From positions 1,472,001 through 1,536,000 of the forward strand of contig CP136572.1 in assembly GCA_035193785.1 (NCBI GenBank): a stretch of DNA of 64,000 nt, given 5' to 3'. The notes under the pieces were generated by a model. That model was not told where the DNA came from, searched no databases, and was given only the letters and a program-made list of their open reading frames with translations. Of this stretch, positions 34,632 through 46,274 are shown piece by piece; the first letter of the stretch is position 1, and every line of letters starts with the position of its first letter. Source of the DNA: Planktothrix sp. GU0601_MAG3. GTDB taxonomy: Bacteria > Cyanobacteriota > Cyanobacteriia > Cyanobacteriales > Microcoleaceae. Both the position numbers and the translations under genes were made by a program.

Positions 34632-35616
34632 ATGCAAGCAACACTACACCAACTAAAGGTATTTGAGGCGGTGGCTCGTCATAGTAGTTTCACTAAAGCC
34701 GCCGAAGAAATGATGATTACCCAACCGACGGTCTCTACCCAAGTGAAACAACTGACTCAGACCGTGGGTTTACCCTTATTTGAACAAATTGGTAAACAAC
34801 TCTATCTGACTGAAGCCGGGGAATCTTTATTATCTACCTGTCAGAATATTTTTGAACAGTTGGACAATTTGGAAATGCGGGTGGCGGCTTTAAAAGGTAC
34901 AAAACAAGGGCGGTTACGGTTAGGGGTGGTTTCAACGGCTAAATATTTTGTCCCCCGATTATTAGGTTATTTTTGTCAACAATATCCCGGGATTGATATT
35001 GCCTTACAAGTCACCAATCATGCTACCTTAATTCAACGGATGCAAGATAATGAGGATGATTTATATATTCTAAGTCAACCCCCGGAAGACATTGCCTTAT
35101 CCAGTCAACCTTTTTTAGATAATCCTTTAGTGGTGGTGGCAAGACAGGATCATCCTTTGGTGGGAGAAAAAAATATTCCGATTAAATCTTTAATGGGAGA
35201 AACCTTTTATTATGCGAGAACAAGGTTCAGGAACCCGACAGGCAATTCAAAAGCTATTTGATCGTTATAAAATTGATGTGAAAGTTCGGTTAGAATTGGG
35301 GAGTAATGAAGCAATTAAACAAGCAATTGCTGGGGGGTTGGGACTGTCCGTTTTGTCTAAACATACTTTAATTTCCGAACAATTAACCGGGGAACTCACG
35401 ATTTTAGATGTGCAGCACTTCCCGATTCATCTGCGTTGGTATGTCACCCATTTAGAAGGAAAGCAAATTTCTATTATTGCAGAAACATTTTTAAAATTTT
35501 TATTAGAAAATAGTAACCATGTCCCTACTTTAGAAACAATCACCTTACACAATGGACATTTTCTAAAAAACGCGAATTCATTTATCAGCCATCAGTCATC
35601 AGTTAACAGTCATTAG
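34632..35616 (+). CDS. ndhR: LysR/CbbR-type carbon-limitation regulator, NdhR(CcmR)-like (frame break at 35199)
   Basis: MQATLHQLKVFEA, GTKQGRLRL, VTNH...RMQDNEDDLYI, VRLELGSNEAIKQAIAGG resemble Synechocystis NdhR more than CmpR (from recall). Confidence 0.75.
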
Positions 35617-35634
35617 TTTGAGATCCAATTCATC

Positions 35635-35662
35635 GTAGGGGCGAGGCGCGTCTCGGCCCTAC
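35635..35662. repeat. GTAG-type REP palindrome
   Basis: GTAGGGGCGAGGCGCGTCTCGGCCCTAC. Confidence 0.7.
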
Positions 35663-35918
35663 AGGGAAATATAGATATTTTTGGGGATTAATAATCACCG
35701 CCAGTTGTTTTGTACAATCCATTTAGACTTGCCATATAACTAATAATTAATAAATAATAATTAATCACTGTCAACTAATAATTAATAACCGATACTTGTT
35801 AACCAATAACTAATAACTGATAAGTACCTAAACAAAATTAATTACAAATTCTGTTCCCAGATCCGGTGTTCCCTATTCCCTATTCCCTATTCCCTAATAA
35901 CTGATAACTGATAACTGA

Positions 35919-36773
35919 TTATTCGTCGTCATGGGCGAAACGACGATAGAGGAAATCTAGGGCATAATTTCTGAGGTTATAATATTCGGGATCTTCCATA
36001 ATTTGAGTGCGATCGCGGGGACGTTCAAAGGGAATTTCTAGGATTTCTCCAATGGTTGCCGAGGGGCCATTAGTCATCATTACTAAGCGATCTGCGAGGA
36101 ATAATGCTTCATCAATATCATGGGTAATCATTAACACCGTACAGCGATGATCATTCCAGATTTTTAATAATTCTTCTTGCAATTCTTCCTTGGTAATAGC
36201 ATCCAAAGCTCCAAAAGGTTCATCTAAAATTAACACTTCTGGACGAATAGCTAAGGCCCGGGCGATCGCAGCCCGTTGTTTCATCCCTCCCGAAATTTGA
36301 GGGGGTTTTTTCTCCGATGCTTCTGATAATCCCACCATGGCTAAATGATCTCGAACAATAGCATTTTTTTCAACCTTTGACTTATTAGGATGAACTGCAT
36401 TAACTGCTAAATAGACATTTTCAAACACCGTGCGCCAAGGCAATAAGGCATAGTTTTGAAATACCACCATCCGGTCGGGGCCAGGTTTTACAATCGGTTT
36501 GGCACGCAATGTCACCTTACCATCGGAAGGAATATTAAACCCAGACACCATATTTAATAAAGTCGATTTTCCACAACCGGAGTGCCCAATAACGCAAATA
36601 AATTCACCCTCATTAATCGTGAGATTAACATCTTTTAAAACCGTGTAGGCCCCTTTAGCCGTGGGATAAACCTTAGAAACGTTATCAAATACTAAATAAG
36701 GCTGATTGTTGACCGGGGATTTTTTAGTAAATTTTTTCCCAAAAGTAGAGGCAGAAATTTTAGTTGTAGTCAT
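35919..36773 (-). CDS. cmpD: Bicarbonate ABC transporter ATP-binding subunit
   Basis: GHSGCGKST, ISGGMKQR, LDEPFGALD; last gene of the cmp operon. Confidence 0.88.
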   Translation of the reverse strand: MTTTKISASTFGKKFTKKSPVNNQPYLVFDNVSKVYPTAKGAYTVLKDVNLTINEGEFICVIGHSGCGKSTLLNMVSGFNIPSDGKVTLRAKPIVKPGPDRMVVFQNYALLPWRTVFENVYLAVNAVHPNKSKVEKNAIVRDHLAMVGLSEASEKKPPQISGGMKQRAAIARALAIRPEVLILDEPFGALDAITKEELQEELLKIWNDHRCTVLMITHDIDEALFLADRLVMMTNGPSATIGEILEIPFERPRDRTQIMEDPEYYNLRNYALDFLYRRFAHDDE

Positions 36774-36843
36774 GGTTGATATTTCCTAAATTTTAAATTG
36801 CATTTGTAGAGACGTGCCACGGCGCGTCTCTAATTTTGTTGAA

Positions 36844-38852
36844 TTAAGCCACTTTACTCCGAGGAGAATCTAATACAATTTCCGTTACAGTAAAATCCCG
36901 TTTAATCTTCAAACTATTCAGATAACCAATGGGATCTTCGGTATCAAATTTTGTACCATCAAATAATTGAATTGCGCCCCGACTATAACTAATTTCAGAA
37001 AGTCCTAATTCCCGGGCTGCGGTACTAAAAGCACCTACCGAACATAAGCGCTCTAAAATTTCCACCCAGTTGCGGGGGAAAGGCGTATGTCCCCAACGGG
37101 CCATTTGAACAATATGCCAAAGCTGTTCGGTGCGACTGGGGCGGTTGACTCCATCGCCAAAAAATTGATGATGGGCATATTGACCCATGGGTTGCTCCAA
37201 GTTGCACGCTGCATTATTGGGATCAACTAATTGAATATATTCGGGGCGAGTTCCCAGGTAGTGACGTTGGGCCAACAGTTGCCGAATTTCATCGGAATTT
37301 TCTGGGTCAGCACAATAGGCGGAAGCCTCTAACAACGACTTAACTAAGGCAATATGGGTATTGGGATAGGCCTTCGCCCAGTCCTCGCGCACCCCCAAAA
37401 CTTTCCCCGGGTGTCCGGGCCAGATTTCCAAGTCCGTCGCCACGGTAAACCCGACATCCTCCATCATCGCCCGCAGGTTCCAAGGTTCCCCCACACAGAA
37501 CCCATCAATAGTGCTACCTTGTAAGTCCACCACCATTTGGGCTGGAGGAATGGTCAACAGTTCCACATCATGGTCAGGGTCAATACCCCCGGATGCTAAC
37601 CAATAGCGCAATAACAGGTTGTGCATGGAAACTGGGATGGACGACCCCCATGCGATGCTGTTGTCCCGGGGATTGTAACAACATCTGTTTGAAGTCAGCC
37701 AGGGTGTAAATCCCTTGGTCATAAAAGCGACGGGCGAGGGTAATGGCGTTACCGTTGCGAGTCATGGTCAGGGCTGTAATCACCGTTACGGGTTGGGTTT
37801 CATCCCCCCCCAAAGTCATCCACAGAGGCATCCCAGAGGGCATCTGAGCCGCGTCTAAATAGCCTCCGGCGATGCCATCACTGATGCCGCGCCAACTGGT
37901 TTCTCGGACAAGATTGATTTCATCGAGGCCGTGTTTTTCAAAAAATCCCAATTCCTTCGCCACGGCGAGGGGGGCGCAGGCGGTCAGGGGAACAAAACCG
38001 AGTTCTAAATTAATTTTTTCTAGGCCATGGCGGGCAACAACTTTATTCTTTTTCGCCCGCATTTTTTTGATGAGTTTTTGTTGGTTGAGGAAATAAATCA
38101 TTTCACTCCGCAAGCGGTAATAACTAGGATGTTCTACCACTTGCATCCGTTGACGGGGGCGGGGAATATCTACTTCTAAAATTTGCCCAATTTTTGATTC
38201 GGGGCCGTTAGTTAACATCACAATTCGATCCGAAAGTAACACGGCTTCATCGACATCGTGAGTCACCATTAAGGCACTAATTTGATTATCTTGGCAAATC
38301 TTCATTAATTGTTCTTGGAGATTGCCACGAGTTAAGGCATCTAAGGCCCCAAAGGGTTCATCTAATAATAATAATTTGGGTCGTAATGCTAGGGCGCGGG
38401 CAATGGCAACCCGTTGTTTCATTCCCCCTGATAATTGGGCGGGATATTTGTCTGTGGCGGGGCGTAATCCTACCATATCAATATGGCTTTCAATGATAGT
38501 TGTCCGTTTCCGCTAAGGGTAATCCTTTCATCACGGAATCTACTGCTAAAGCAATATTTTCTCGGACAGTTCGCCAGGGTAATAAGGAATAGTTTTGAAA
38601 TACTACCATTCGATCTGGCCCGGGTTGGGTAATTTTTTGACCTTCAATGGTAACAATTCCCTCTGAGGGTAAATCTAACCCGGCCACCATGTTTAATAAG
38701 GTTGATTTTCCGCAGCCTGAGTGTCCAATCAAGGTGACAAATTCACCTTTTTTAATTTGTAAGTCAATTCCTTTTAGGGCAACATATTGACCTCCCCCGG
38801 TTAAGTTAAAGACTTTATCAATTTGTTCCACTTCAATTAAGGGTTTTTCCAT
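36844..38852 (-). CDS. cmpC: Bicarbonate ABC transporter ATP-binding subunit with C-terminal SBP-like domain (frame breaks at 38506 and 37628)
   Basis: ABC domain followed by HGLEK..LELGFVPLTACAPL NrtC/CmpC regulatory domain. Confidence 0.88.
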
Positions 38853-38900
38853 GATATTAACTCCTGATTTTAATTGTTGATTTTGGTTCTAAGGGAGTAA

Positions 38901-39000
38901 ATCAGTCATCAGTTAACAGTCATCAGTTAACAGTTTTTAGCTGAAAAATATTAACAATGAACTCTTACACTGACAAATGATAACTGTTGACTGATAACTG
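38901..39000. repeat. Heptamer-flanked core repeat inside the cmp operon
   Basis: Reverse-complement relative of the 26968 core (AATATTAACAATGAACTCTTACACTG). Confidence 0.75.
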
Positions 39001-39010
39001 ATTTCTGTTC

Positions 39011-39859
39011 TTACTTTCTTTCCCCGGGTACAATTAATTGTTGAACGTAGCCGATACCTCGGTCTAAAATTAAACCAACGGCACCGATATAAACCACGGC
39101 TAAAAGAATGTCACTGATGTAGTTTTGTTGGTAAGCATCCCAGATAAAGAAACCAATTCCCACGATACCAGACATCACGATTTCGGCGGCAATAATCGCT
39201 AACCAAGCTAAACCTACAGCGATTCTTAATCCGGTAAAAATGTAAGGTAAGGCGGAAGGGAATAGAATATTTAAGTAATATTCTTTGCGAGATAATTGCA
39301 AGACTTTGGCAACGTTATTATAATCATCGGGAATCTGTTTAACACCTTCTTTAGTATTAATTAGAATCGGCCAAACAGAGGTAATAAAAATTACGAAAAT
39401 CGCGGCGGGTTGGTTTTGTTGGAAGGCGACTAAGGCAATGGGAACCCAGGCTAAAGGAGCCACCATTCTTAAAAACTGAAATAGGGGATCTAATGCCTTA
39501 TCTAAAATCGGGTTTGTTCCCACTAAAATACCAACGCCAATCCCCACAATTGCAGCAATTGAATAGCCTTGAGCCACCCGTCCTAAACTGGCTAAAGTTT
39601 GCCAGAATAAGCCTTTATCTAACCCTCCCCGATCATAAAAAGGATACATTAATAAAATTCGGGTTTGTTCATTAGTTATGACACTTAATGGCCCTGGTAA
39701 ACGGGTAATTCCTGATAGGGAGAAAAGTTGCCAAACTACTAAAAAACCCAAAGTTCCCATTAAGGGAAGAATAATATTTTGCGAGTTCTTTTTCCAATAT
39801 TCACCCAAATTTTCAACAAAGCTGTTGCCGTTACTTCTTCTTTTAGCGGTACTTGTCAT
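39011..39859 (-). CDS. cmpB: Bicarbonate ABC transporter permease
   Basis: PFYDRGGLDKGLFWQTLASL, RMVAPLAWVP, AWLAIIAAE. Confidence 0.9.
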   Translation of the reverse strand: MTSTAKRRSNGNSFVENLGEYWKKNSQNIILPLMGTLGFLVVWQLFSLSGITRLPGPLSVITNEQTRILLMYPFYDRGGLDKGLFWQTLASLGRVAQGYSIAAIVGIGVGILVGTNPILDKALDPLFQFLRMVAPLAWVPIALVAFQQNQPAAIFVIFITSVWPILINTKEGVKQIPDDYNNVAKVLQLSRKEYYLNILFPSALPYIFTGLRIAVGLAWLAIIAAEIVMSGIVGIGFFIWDAYQQNYISDILLAVVYIGAVGLILDRGIGYVQQLIVPGERK

Positions 39860-40016
39860 TTTTTTTAAACTCCTTGATTAGTTATTCGTAAGTCCAATGG
39901 GAAGATAACCCTTGATTTTTTTTTGAGTCTATAATGAGAATGGGGAAGATTTACTTTTTCAAAATTAAGAATTATCTATAATTACTATAGGTTAATTCTT
40001 AATTATGAATTCATCA

Positions 40017-41391
40017 CTAGACTTTTTTGATTGCTAAACTCTGAAGATAGGCTTCTGGATTTGCCGGATCAAAAGTAATTCCATCAAAGAACTTTTCCAC
40101 ACCCCTGGAAGTCGAAGCGGGAATATCAGCAGTCAACCCGGCTTCTTTAGCGGCTTCTCGCCAAATATCCTCCCGGTTTACCTTATCCACAATTGTCTTA
40201 GCTTGGGCAATATCTTGAATCTGACCATTATGGAAACCCCAACGGATAGTTTCAGTTAAGAACCATAAATCATGGCTTTTATAGGGATAGGAAACACTAC
40301 CAATGGGATCTTTCCAATATAACGGCCCTTTATTAAAGTCTTGAATCGGCGGTTTTCCATCTCCCATCTGATAGTTTCCTTGGAAGGGAGCAGTCAGAAA
40401 CAGCTTCAGGAACATTAAAATAATTCCGTCCAGAAACTATTGTGACTAATTCGGCTCGATTTTCCGGTTTATCACACCATTGTTGGGCTTCCATTAAGCC
40501 TTTTAATAGGGCCTTTGTTGCCTTGGGATGTTTATCAACCCAGTCAGCACGAATGGCTAAATATTCTTCGGGATGAAACGGCCAAACTTCCGTGGTTAAA
40601 CAGGACATGAAACCGATATTATCACTAACAATTCGATAGGGCCAGGGGTCGCCTGTACTAAAGGCATCCATCGTTCCATTTCGCATTCCCTGAAGGGTTT
40701 CTGCCGGAGGAACTGCTATCAAATCAATATCAACATCGGGGTTGATTCCACCCGCAGCTAACCAATAGCGAATCCAAAAATCTTGGTTAACATTGGGGAA
40801 GGTATAAGCTGCTTTAAATTTGCGTCCACCGGTGGTGGGAAGACTGCGAATATATTCGGCTGCTCCCTTAATATCTAAGCCAATTCCTTTGCCTTGATGG
40901 ATATTAGCAATAGCGACACCATTGCCATTTGTATTTAATTGGGCTAAGACATACATGGGGACTTTTTTGCCCCCGGTGATAATGCCTTCTGTAATTAAAT
41001 GGGGCATGGGCATTTGCCACTGTCCGCCATCAATTCCGCCCCCACTTGAGCCAATGGTAACGTTATCCCGTGCTGAAGCCCAGTTTGACTGTTTGGAAAC
41101 TTCTACACCGCTCATTCCATACTTAGCAAAAAAGCCTTTTTCTTTGGCAATAATTAATGGGGCAGATTCCACAATCGGAATAAAACCTAGTTTAATTGTT
41201 GCCACTTCTGGGGCTTGTTCTGGACTAATATTAACCGTCGGAACTTGTGTTGTCGCCGGTGAACTTCCCGCATTACCATTGGGTTCCGGGGGGTTACCTA
41301 AACATCCTTTTAAAAAGACGGTACTGGCTGCCGAAACTCCGGCGGTGATTAAAAATTTTCTGCGAGAATAACTTGTTGAAAATTCAGACAT
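40017..41391 (-). CDS. cmpA: Bicarbonate-binding lipoprotein (frame break at 40397)
   Basis: RRKFL..LKGC lipobox; [43 protein letters not shown] are CmpA-type; GGAGG RBS. Confidence 0.92.
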
Positions 41392-41904
41392 TAAACCTCC
41401 TAACAACCTGTCTGTTGAAAAAATAGGTTGCTACTTACAAAATTGATTTTGTAGTAGTACATTATTGTATGAAAGGAATCTAGCTTTTCCTTAGAGGTAG
41501 TCACTAGATAAAACGTTACCCTGGGGTCAGGGTGACTTGGGTTAGGACTTGATTATTCATTAAGTCGTGCCATAGCCCTCTATAAATACTAAAGTAGCAT
41601 CATATCTATAGATTGTCACTACTTCTTAGTGCTAAGTATGATTTTCTTTTTAGTGGGATTGATCAAGTTTTGCTTATCATTCATCGTTTATTCTAAATAA
41701 ATTTATTTAAAATATAATCAAATCTTATCTAAATCGCCATTTTAGGCTAAAAATCGAGACTTAAACAACAAATTGATTGTTTAAGTTGGGTAAAAATAGC
41801 CGATGACAAGCATTGACAAGAAACTATACCTAGAAGACTTTACATATAAAAACGTCAATACACCCCGGCTGGGTTGGGGTGCTTTATATAGTCGCGTGCG
41901 CTTA

Positions 41905-41985
41905 TATAGCACTAGCAATTAAGGTGTTTGACAATAATAAACCTTGTAACCCGCTCATAGCCTACTGTTCCCTGCTCCCTAGGGT
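41905..41985. mobile_element. MITE-like element, short inverted copy of the 45498 family
   Basis: TATAGCACTAGCAATTAAGGTGTTTGACAATAATAAACCTTGTAACCCGCTCATAGCC. Confidence 0.7.
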
Positions 41986-42014
41986 AATAAAGTTTAAATG
42001 CCCAACGGCCCGCC

Positions 42015-42706
42015 TTAACCGCGATATTTGGGAAAAGGAATCCCCAAACTACTATGAAAATCCTGTTGAGTTTTTGCACTCAGACGTCGAGAAACCTGTT
42101 TAACAATATTTTTGAGTAGCGCATCGCCACTTTTTTGAATTAACCCTTCCGACTTAGAACGAATAAACTTAGGAATTTGTACCCCGACAGCCAAATTTAA
42201 GTGCCATTGCGCCCCGGTGATTTGAGTCGGACATTCCTTTAATCCAATCCCATGTTTAGCACAAAATTCCGCCGTGGGTAATTCAACTAAAGTCATCGTC
42301 GATTGAAAATCCACCTCATAACCCGGAGCCGTATAACCGGGGACGGGAAAACCGTCCGAATCCGATAAATCCCCTCGGCATCCGGTGGAACCAATTCTAA
42401 ACCAATCCGAGCTTCCACCCGATAACCCAAGGCTCCAAACCGTCCAATTAATAAATCATAGGAATTATTTCCCAGGGGTTCGGTTTTCATGGGTAACGCA
42501 CACCGACAAAACCACCCGCTATGCTGGCCCAAATATTCCGCCACCGTATCCATGTCGGCGAACATTTCCATACAGTCTTCAAAATCACTGTGAAACCAGA
42601 TTAATTCCTGAGTGTCTTCCTCTGGGTTGGGGAGGGCGAGGGAATCATCAACACCCTCAGATGACTCCCTTGACGGTTGAAGTTCAACAGATTCGTCCTG
42701 TTGCAT
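42015..42706 (-). CDS. DUF1997-family protein (+2 frame break at 42347)
   Basis: YL.QH.GWF.RCA.PMK..LG.N.YDL.IG.FGA; SGDALL..IVKQVS.RL. Confidence 0.8.
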
Positions 42707-42842
42707 GATAGATTCTCCTACGAGGGTTGCTTTGCTTTCTATTTCCAGAATGCCCTGTCTTGTCGTGAACCGCTACAATCAATATGCGGAACTTTTGATA
42801 CTGCTTGCAAAACTTAACACTTACGGAAAAACCTTTAACAGC

Positions 42843-43505
42843 ATGAAAGCATTTGTCGCAGGGGCAACGGGAGAAACGGGACGGCGAATTGTTGCCGAAT
42901 TAGTGGAGCGGGGAATCCCGGTTAAGGCCTTGGTTCGGAATCCAGAAACGGCTCAAAACATTTTACCCCCCGAGGTAGAACTGGTGGTGGGAGATGTTTT
43001 AAATACCGAGAGTCTAGCTTTAGCTCTCCGGGATTGTACCGTTGTTTTATGTGCCACCGGAGCCAAACCCAGTTTTGATTTTACCGGGCCCTATTTAGTG
43101 GATTATCAGGGAACAAAAAATTTAGTTGATGTAGCAAAATCCCAGGGAATTGAGCACTTTGTTTTCGTGACTTCCCTGTGTGTTTCGCAATTTTTTCACC
43201 CTTTAAATTTATTTTGGCTGATTCTTTTGTGGAAAAAACAGGCGGAAGAATATCTGCAAAATAGTGGCTTGAATTATACCATTGTTCGTCCGGGGGGATT
43301 GAAAAATGAAGACAATAATGATAATTTAGTCATGCAGTCGGCCGATACCCTATTTGAAGGCAGTATTCCCCGAACAAAAGTGGCTCAAGTTTGTGTCGAA
43401 GCCCTATTTTTTGAGACTTCACGGAATAAAATTATTGAAATTGTAGCTAACCCGGAGGCTCAACAACAGCCCTTAGAAAAACTATTTGCCAGTGTAAGTG
43501 ATTGA
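42843..43505 (+). CDS. Atypical SDR / NAD(P)H-binding oxidoreductase
   Basis: MKAFVAGATGETG, YTIVRPGGL. Confidence 0.9.
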   Translation: MKAFVAGATGETGRRIVAELVERGIPVKALVRNPETAQNILPPEVELVVGDVLNTESLALALRDCTVVLCATGAKPSFDFTGPYLVDYQGTKNLVDVAKSQGIEHFVFVTSLCVSQFFHPLNLFWLILLWKKQAEEYLQNSGLNYTIVRPGGLKNEDNNDNLVMQSADTLFEGSIPRTKVAQVCVEALFFETSRNKIIEIVANPEAQQQPLEKLFASVSD

Positions 43506-44206
43506 TGGAACATTATCGAAGAAAAAAACAGAACCAGAATCGCCGAAAACGGCTGTTCTGGAGCAGTTTACTGCTGTTGACGTTAACCTTTATTGGGGTC
43601 AGAAGTTGCCAGGGAAGATCGGATTTTGAACCGTTAATTGATCAACAGGTAGAAGCACAATGGCCACCGTTAGTTATGCGGGGCGGAGATCCTTATATTC
43701 GGGCTTTGATGCGAACTATTTCCGCCAGTGAGTCTAGTTATTCTGACCCCTATCATGTTTTATATGGGGGGAAATATGTCTCTAGTTTACACAGCCATCC
43801 TGACCAATGTATGCGGATTATGGTTGGCCCGAATCAAGGCAAATGTAGCACCGCCGCCGGACGCTATCAAATGTTAAAAACTACCTGGGATGAAAAAGCC
43901 GAAAAATATCACCCAAAACCCGCTCAATTTTGGTTTTGGCTCCCCTATAGTTTTGAACCGGAATATCAAGATGCGGTGGTTTATCGTTGGTTATTAGATG
44001 ACAAATTTTGGGGCGTTAGTATTTCCCAATTATTGCGCGAAGAAAAAGTAGATCAGGTGTTAGAATTATTATCAGGAACCTGGACAAGTTTAGGCTATGG
44101 AATTGAAGATAATATGGTCACTAATTCCCTACCTAAAATTTATGAAAAGATTTTGCAAAATGAACTCAATCACGAAAATGGCAAGTTATTTAAAATGCCT
44201 CCTTAA
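43505..44206 (+). CDS. Membrane-anchored lambda-lysozyme-like muramidase
   Basis: RALMRTISASES, Y.VLYGG, STAAGRYQ...TW, F.PEYQD, WTSL; basic N-terminus plus TM segment. Confidence 0.8.
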   Translation: MEHYRRKKQNQNRRKRLFWSSLLLLTLTFIGVRSCQGRSDFEPLIDQQVEAQWPPLVMRGGDPYIRALMRTISASESSYSDPYHVLYGGKYVSSLHSHPDQCMRIMVGPNQGKCSTAAGRYQMLKTTWDEKAEKYHPKPAQFWFWLPYSFEPEYQDAVVYRWLLDDKFWGVSISQLLREEKVDQVLELLSGTWTSLGYGIEDNMVTNSLPKIYEKILQNELNHENGKLFKMPP

Positions 44207-44227
44207 CCCCCATCCAGATCTATTGAT

Positions 44228-44840
44228 CTAACAAATTGGATGCTGACCAGGCTTAACCGCATGAATATTTTCGCTTCCTGACTGGGGCCATCCCCTTCGA
44301 TCACCCGCTTCTGATGGTTGTCCCCAACCCAATTGTAATAACATTTCTAAAAAACTCGATTTCTCCCACTTCCAAATACAAGCCCATTCCGTGCGTTGGA
44401 TAATAGCATCTACTTCTTCTGCGCAAATTTGACGATAATCCTTACCACTATTTAAACTTAAATATAAATCCATCCCGGCGGTTACATCAACCCAAAATTC
44501 TAATAATTTAATTTTTGCTGCTTTTAACTGTTCTAAATCATAGGGTAGAGCAATTAATTGTTCATTCACAAACGGAAACCGTAGGGTTTTTCCCCTAACA
44601 ACGATTTCCCGCCAAACAATCCCGGAAACTTGGTGTTCTTGTTGATATTGATGAATCGTTGCCTTAAAATGCTGATAGGCTGTAAACTTTTGAATCCCCT
44701 CCGGTTTTAAAAAGCAATCAACCACTGGATTACCAACCGCAGGAGTCGCCCTTAAATTCAAACGCTCCCCTTTCAGGCAGGCTTGGCGCTCCTGATTTAA
44801 TATTTGGATCAGTTTCCTCTGTACTGTAGATTTTTGACAT
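44228..44840 (-). CDS. Hypothetical protein (frame break at 44812)
   Basis: MSKIYSTEELIQILNQERQACLKGERL joins the 177-aa ORF after removing one base. Confidence 0.75.
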
Positions 44841-44958
44841 CAGAAACGTCCTAAATTTTCGTTATTTATGGGATGGGTATGTAATTGAGGATATGGTAGT
44901 GCATCCGTCTCTAGGATGTCAAGGAACTGATCGGCAAGTTGCATCTCTTAAAGACTGA

Positions 44959-45471
44959 TTATTCGATAGAATTGAATTTGGATTTTAATAATTTTAGCCG
45001 ATCAGAACTCAGTTTAATTTTAACATCGATTAACTGTTGATGATCCCGAAATAAAATCATCCCATCTTTACTAACAGCCAAATCAGGATCGGTTAATTCT
45101 ATAATTTGATAGGGAGGTTTATAGACTTCGACTCGAATCACTACTTGCTGTTGAGATTGGGGAAAAATATATAGTCGTTGTTGTTGAGAATCTAGTTCTA
45201 ATTTATGGGGAGTAATACTCAGTTCTTGGGGGAGTTCTGGTTTAAAATAATAGAGTGTAATTCCGCGAATTTCTGGGTTTTTGACGGCAAAGGTTTCATC
45301 AAAACGTTGGGCTTGCCAATCTAAACCGCTTAAATAATCCCCATCGGTAGGAAGTAAACGTTGTTGCCAGCGAATTTCCTGACCCTGTAAGGATGCCCAC
45401 CACTGACGAATGGTATCCAGATGGGTGACCTTATCGGGGTGATTACTGCCTGACTGCCAAAGGGTTGTCAT
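44959..45471 (-). CDS. Hypothetical protein
   Basis: 170-aa ORF with an ATG start. Confidence 0.75.
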   Translation of the reverse strand: MTTLWQSGSNHPDKVTHLDTIRQWWASLQGQEIRWQQRLLPTDGDYLSGLDWQAQRFDETFAVKNPEIRGITLYYFKPELPQELSITPHKLELDSQQQRLYIFPQSQQQVVIRVEVYKPPYQIIELTDPDLAVSKDGMILFRDHQQLIDVKIKLSSDRLKLLKSKFNSIE

Positions 45472-45497
45472 AATTTTTTTTATCCTATTTTTTTTGT

Positions 45498-45688
45498 TAT
45501 AGCACTAGGGAATAGGGAATAGGGAATAGGGAACAGGGAACAGGGAACAGGGAACAGGGAACAGGGAACAGGGAACAGGGAACAGGGAATACTTCGACTT
45601 CGCTCAGTAACAAGGGAATAGGGAATATTAGGTTATGAGCAGGTTACAAGGTTTAGTATTATCAAATACCTTAATTGGTAGCACTATA
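45498..45688. mobile_element. Complete MITE-like element with an internal (GGGAAYA)n array
   Basis: Ends TATAGCACTA ... TAGCACTATA (8/10 inverted match); body shared with 31201-31300 and 41905-41985. Confidence 0.75.
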
Positions 45689-45727
45689 GTTCTCAACATC
45701 ACTTCTCGTAGATCTCCGACTTTCCAC

Positions 45728-46265
45728 CTAATATTCACCATAGCCGACTTGATCCAAACGATGTTGTTTTTCCAGAACAGATTGTTTGAGATTTTCCCGA
45801 TAGTCTTGAACTTTTTGTAAGAGTTCAGGATCATGACTGGCTAAGATTTGTACCGCTAATAAACCCGCATTTTTAGCATTCCCAATTGCCACCGTTGCCA
45901 CCGGAATTCCCCCGGGCATTTGTACAATTGAATATAGAGAATCAACCCCTTGTAACGTGCGAGTTGTTACTGGAAACCCCAATTACTGGTAGAGGGGTTA
46001 AAGATGCTACCATCCCGGGTAAATGGGCGGCTCCTCCGGCTCCGGCAATAATTACTTTTAATCCTCGCAAATGGGCGGTTTTAGCATATTCAAACATCCT
46101 TTCCGGGGTACGGTGGGCGGAAACAATGGCAACCTCATGGGGAATATTAAATTCCTCACAAACAGCGATCGCCGCCGCCATTGTGGGTAAATCTGAATCA
46201 CTCCCCATGATAATCCCCACCACAGGAGTAGAGTTAGTCGATAATAATGTAGAGTTCAAAGCCAA
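45728..46265 (-). CDS. purE: N5-CAIR mutase (frame break at 45973)
   Basis: [46 protein letters not shown]. Confidence 0.96.
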
Positions 46266-46274
46266 CTATTCCTC

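Noticed and set aside
40922..41371. Long antisense ORFs such as 40922-41371, 16621-17010, 24856-25248 and 63593-63982
   Set aside because: Shadow frames opposite well-conserved genes, with no independent motifs
35919..41391. Nitrate transporter nrtABCD
   Set aside because: The binding protein has CmpA-type motifs, no nirA/narB is adjacent, and a CbbR-type LysR gene is next to it
45628..45834. Short ORFs 45628-45834, 45635-45820 and 41879-42103
   Set aside because: They run through the shared MITE body or overlap real genes; their similarity (IKVFDN.KPCN.LI) reflects the repeat, not a protein family
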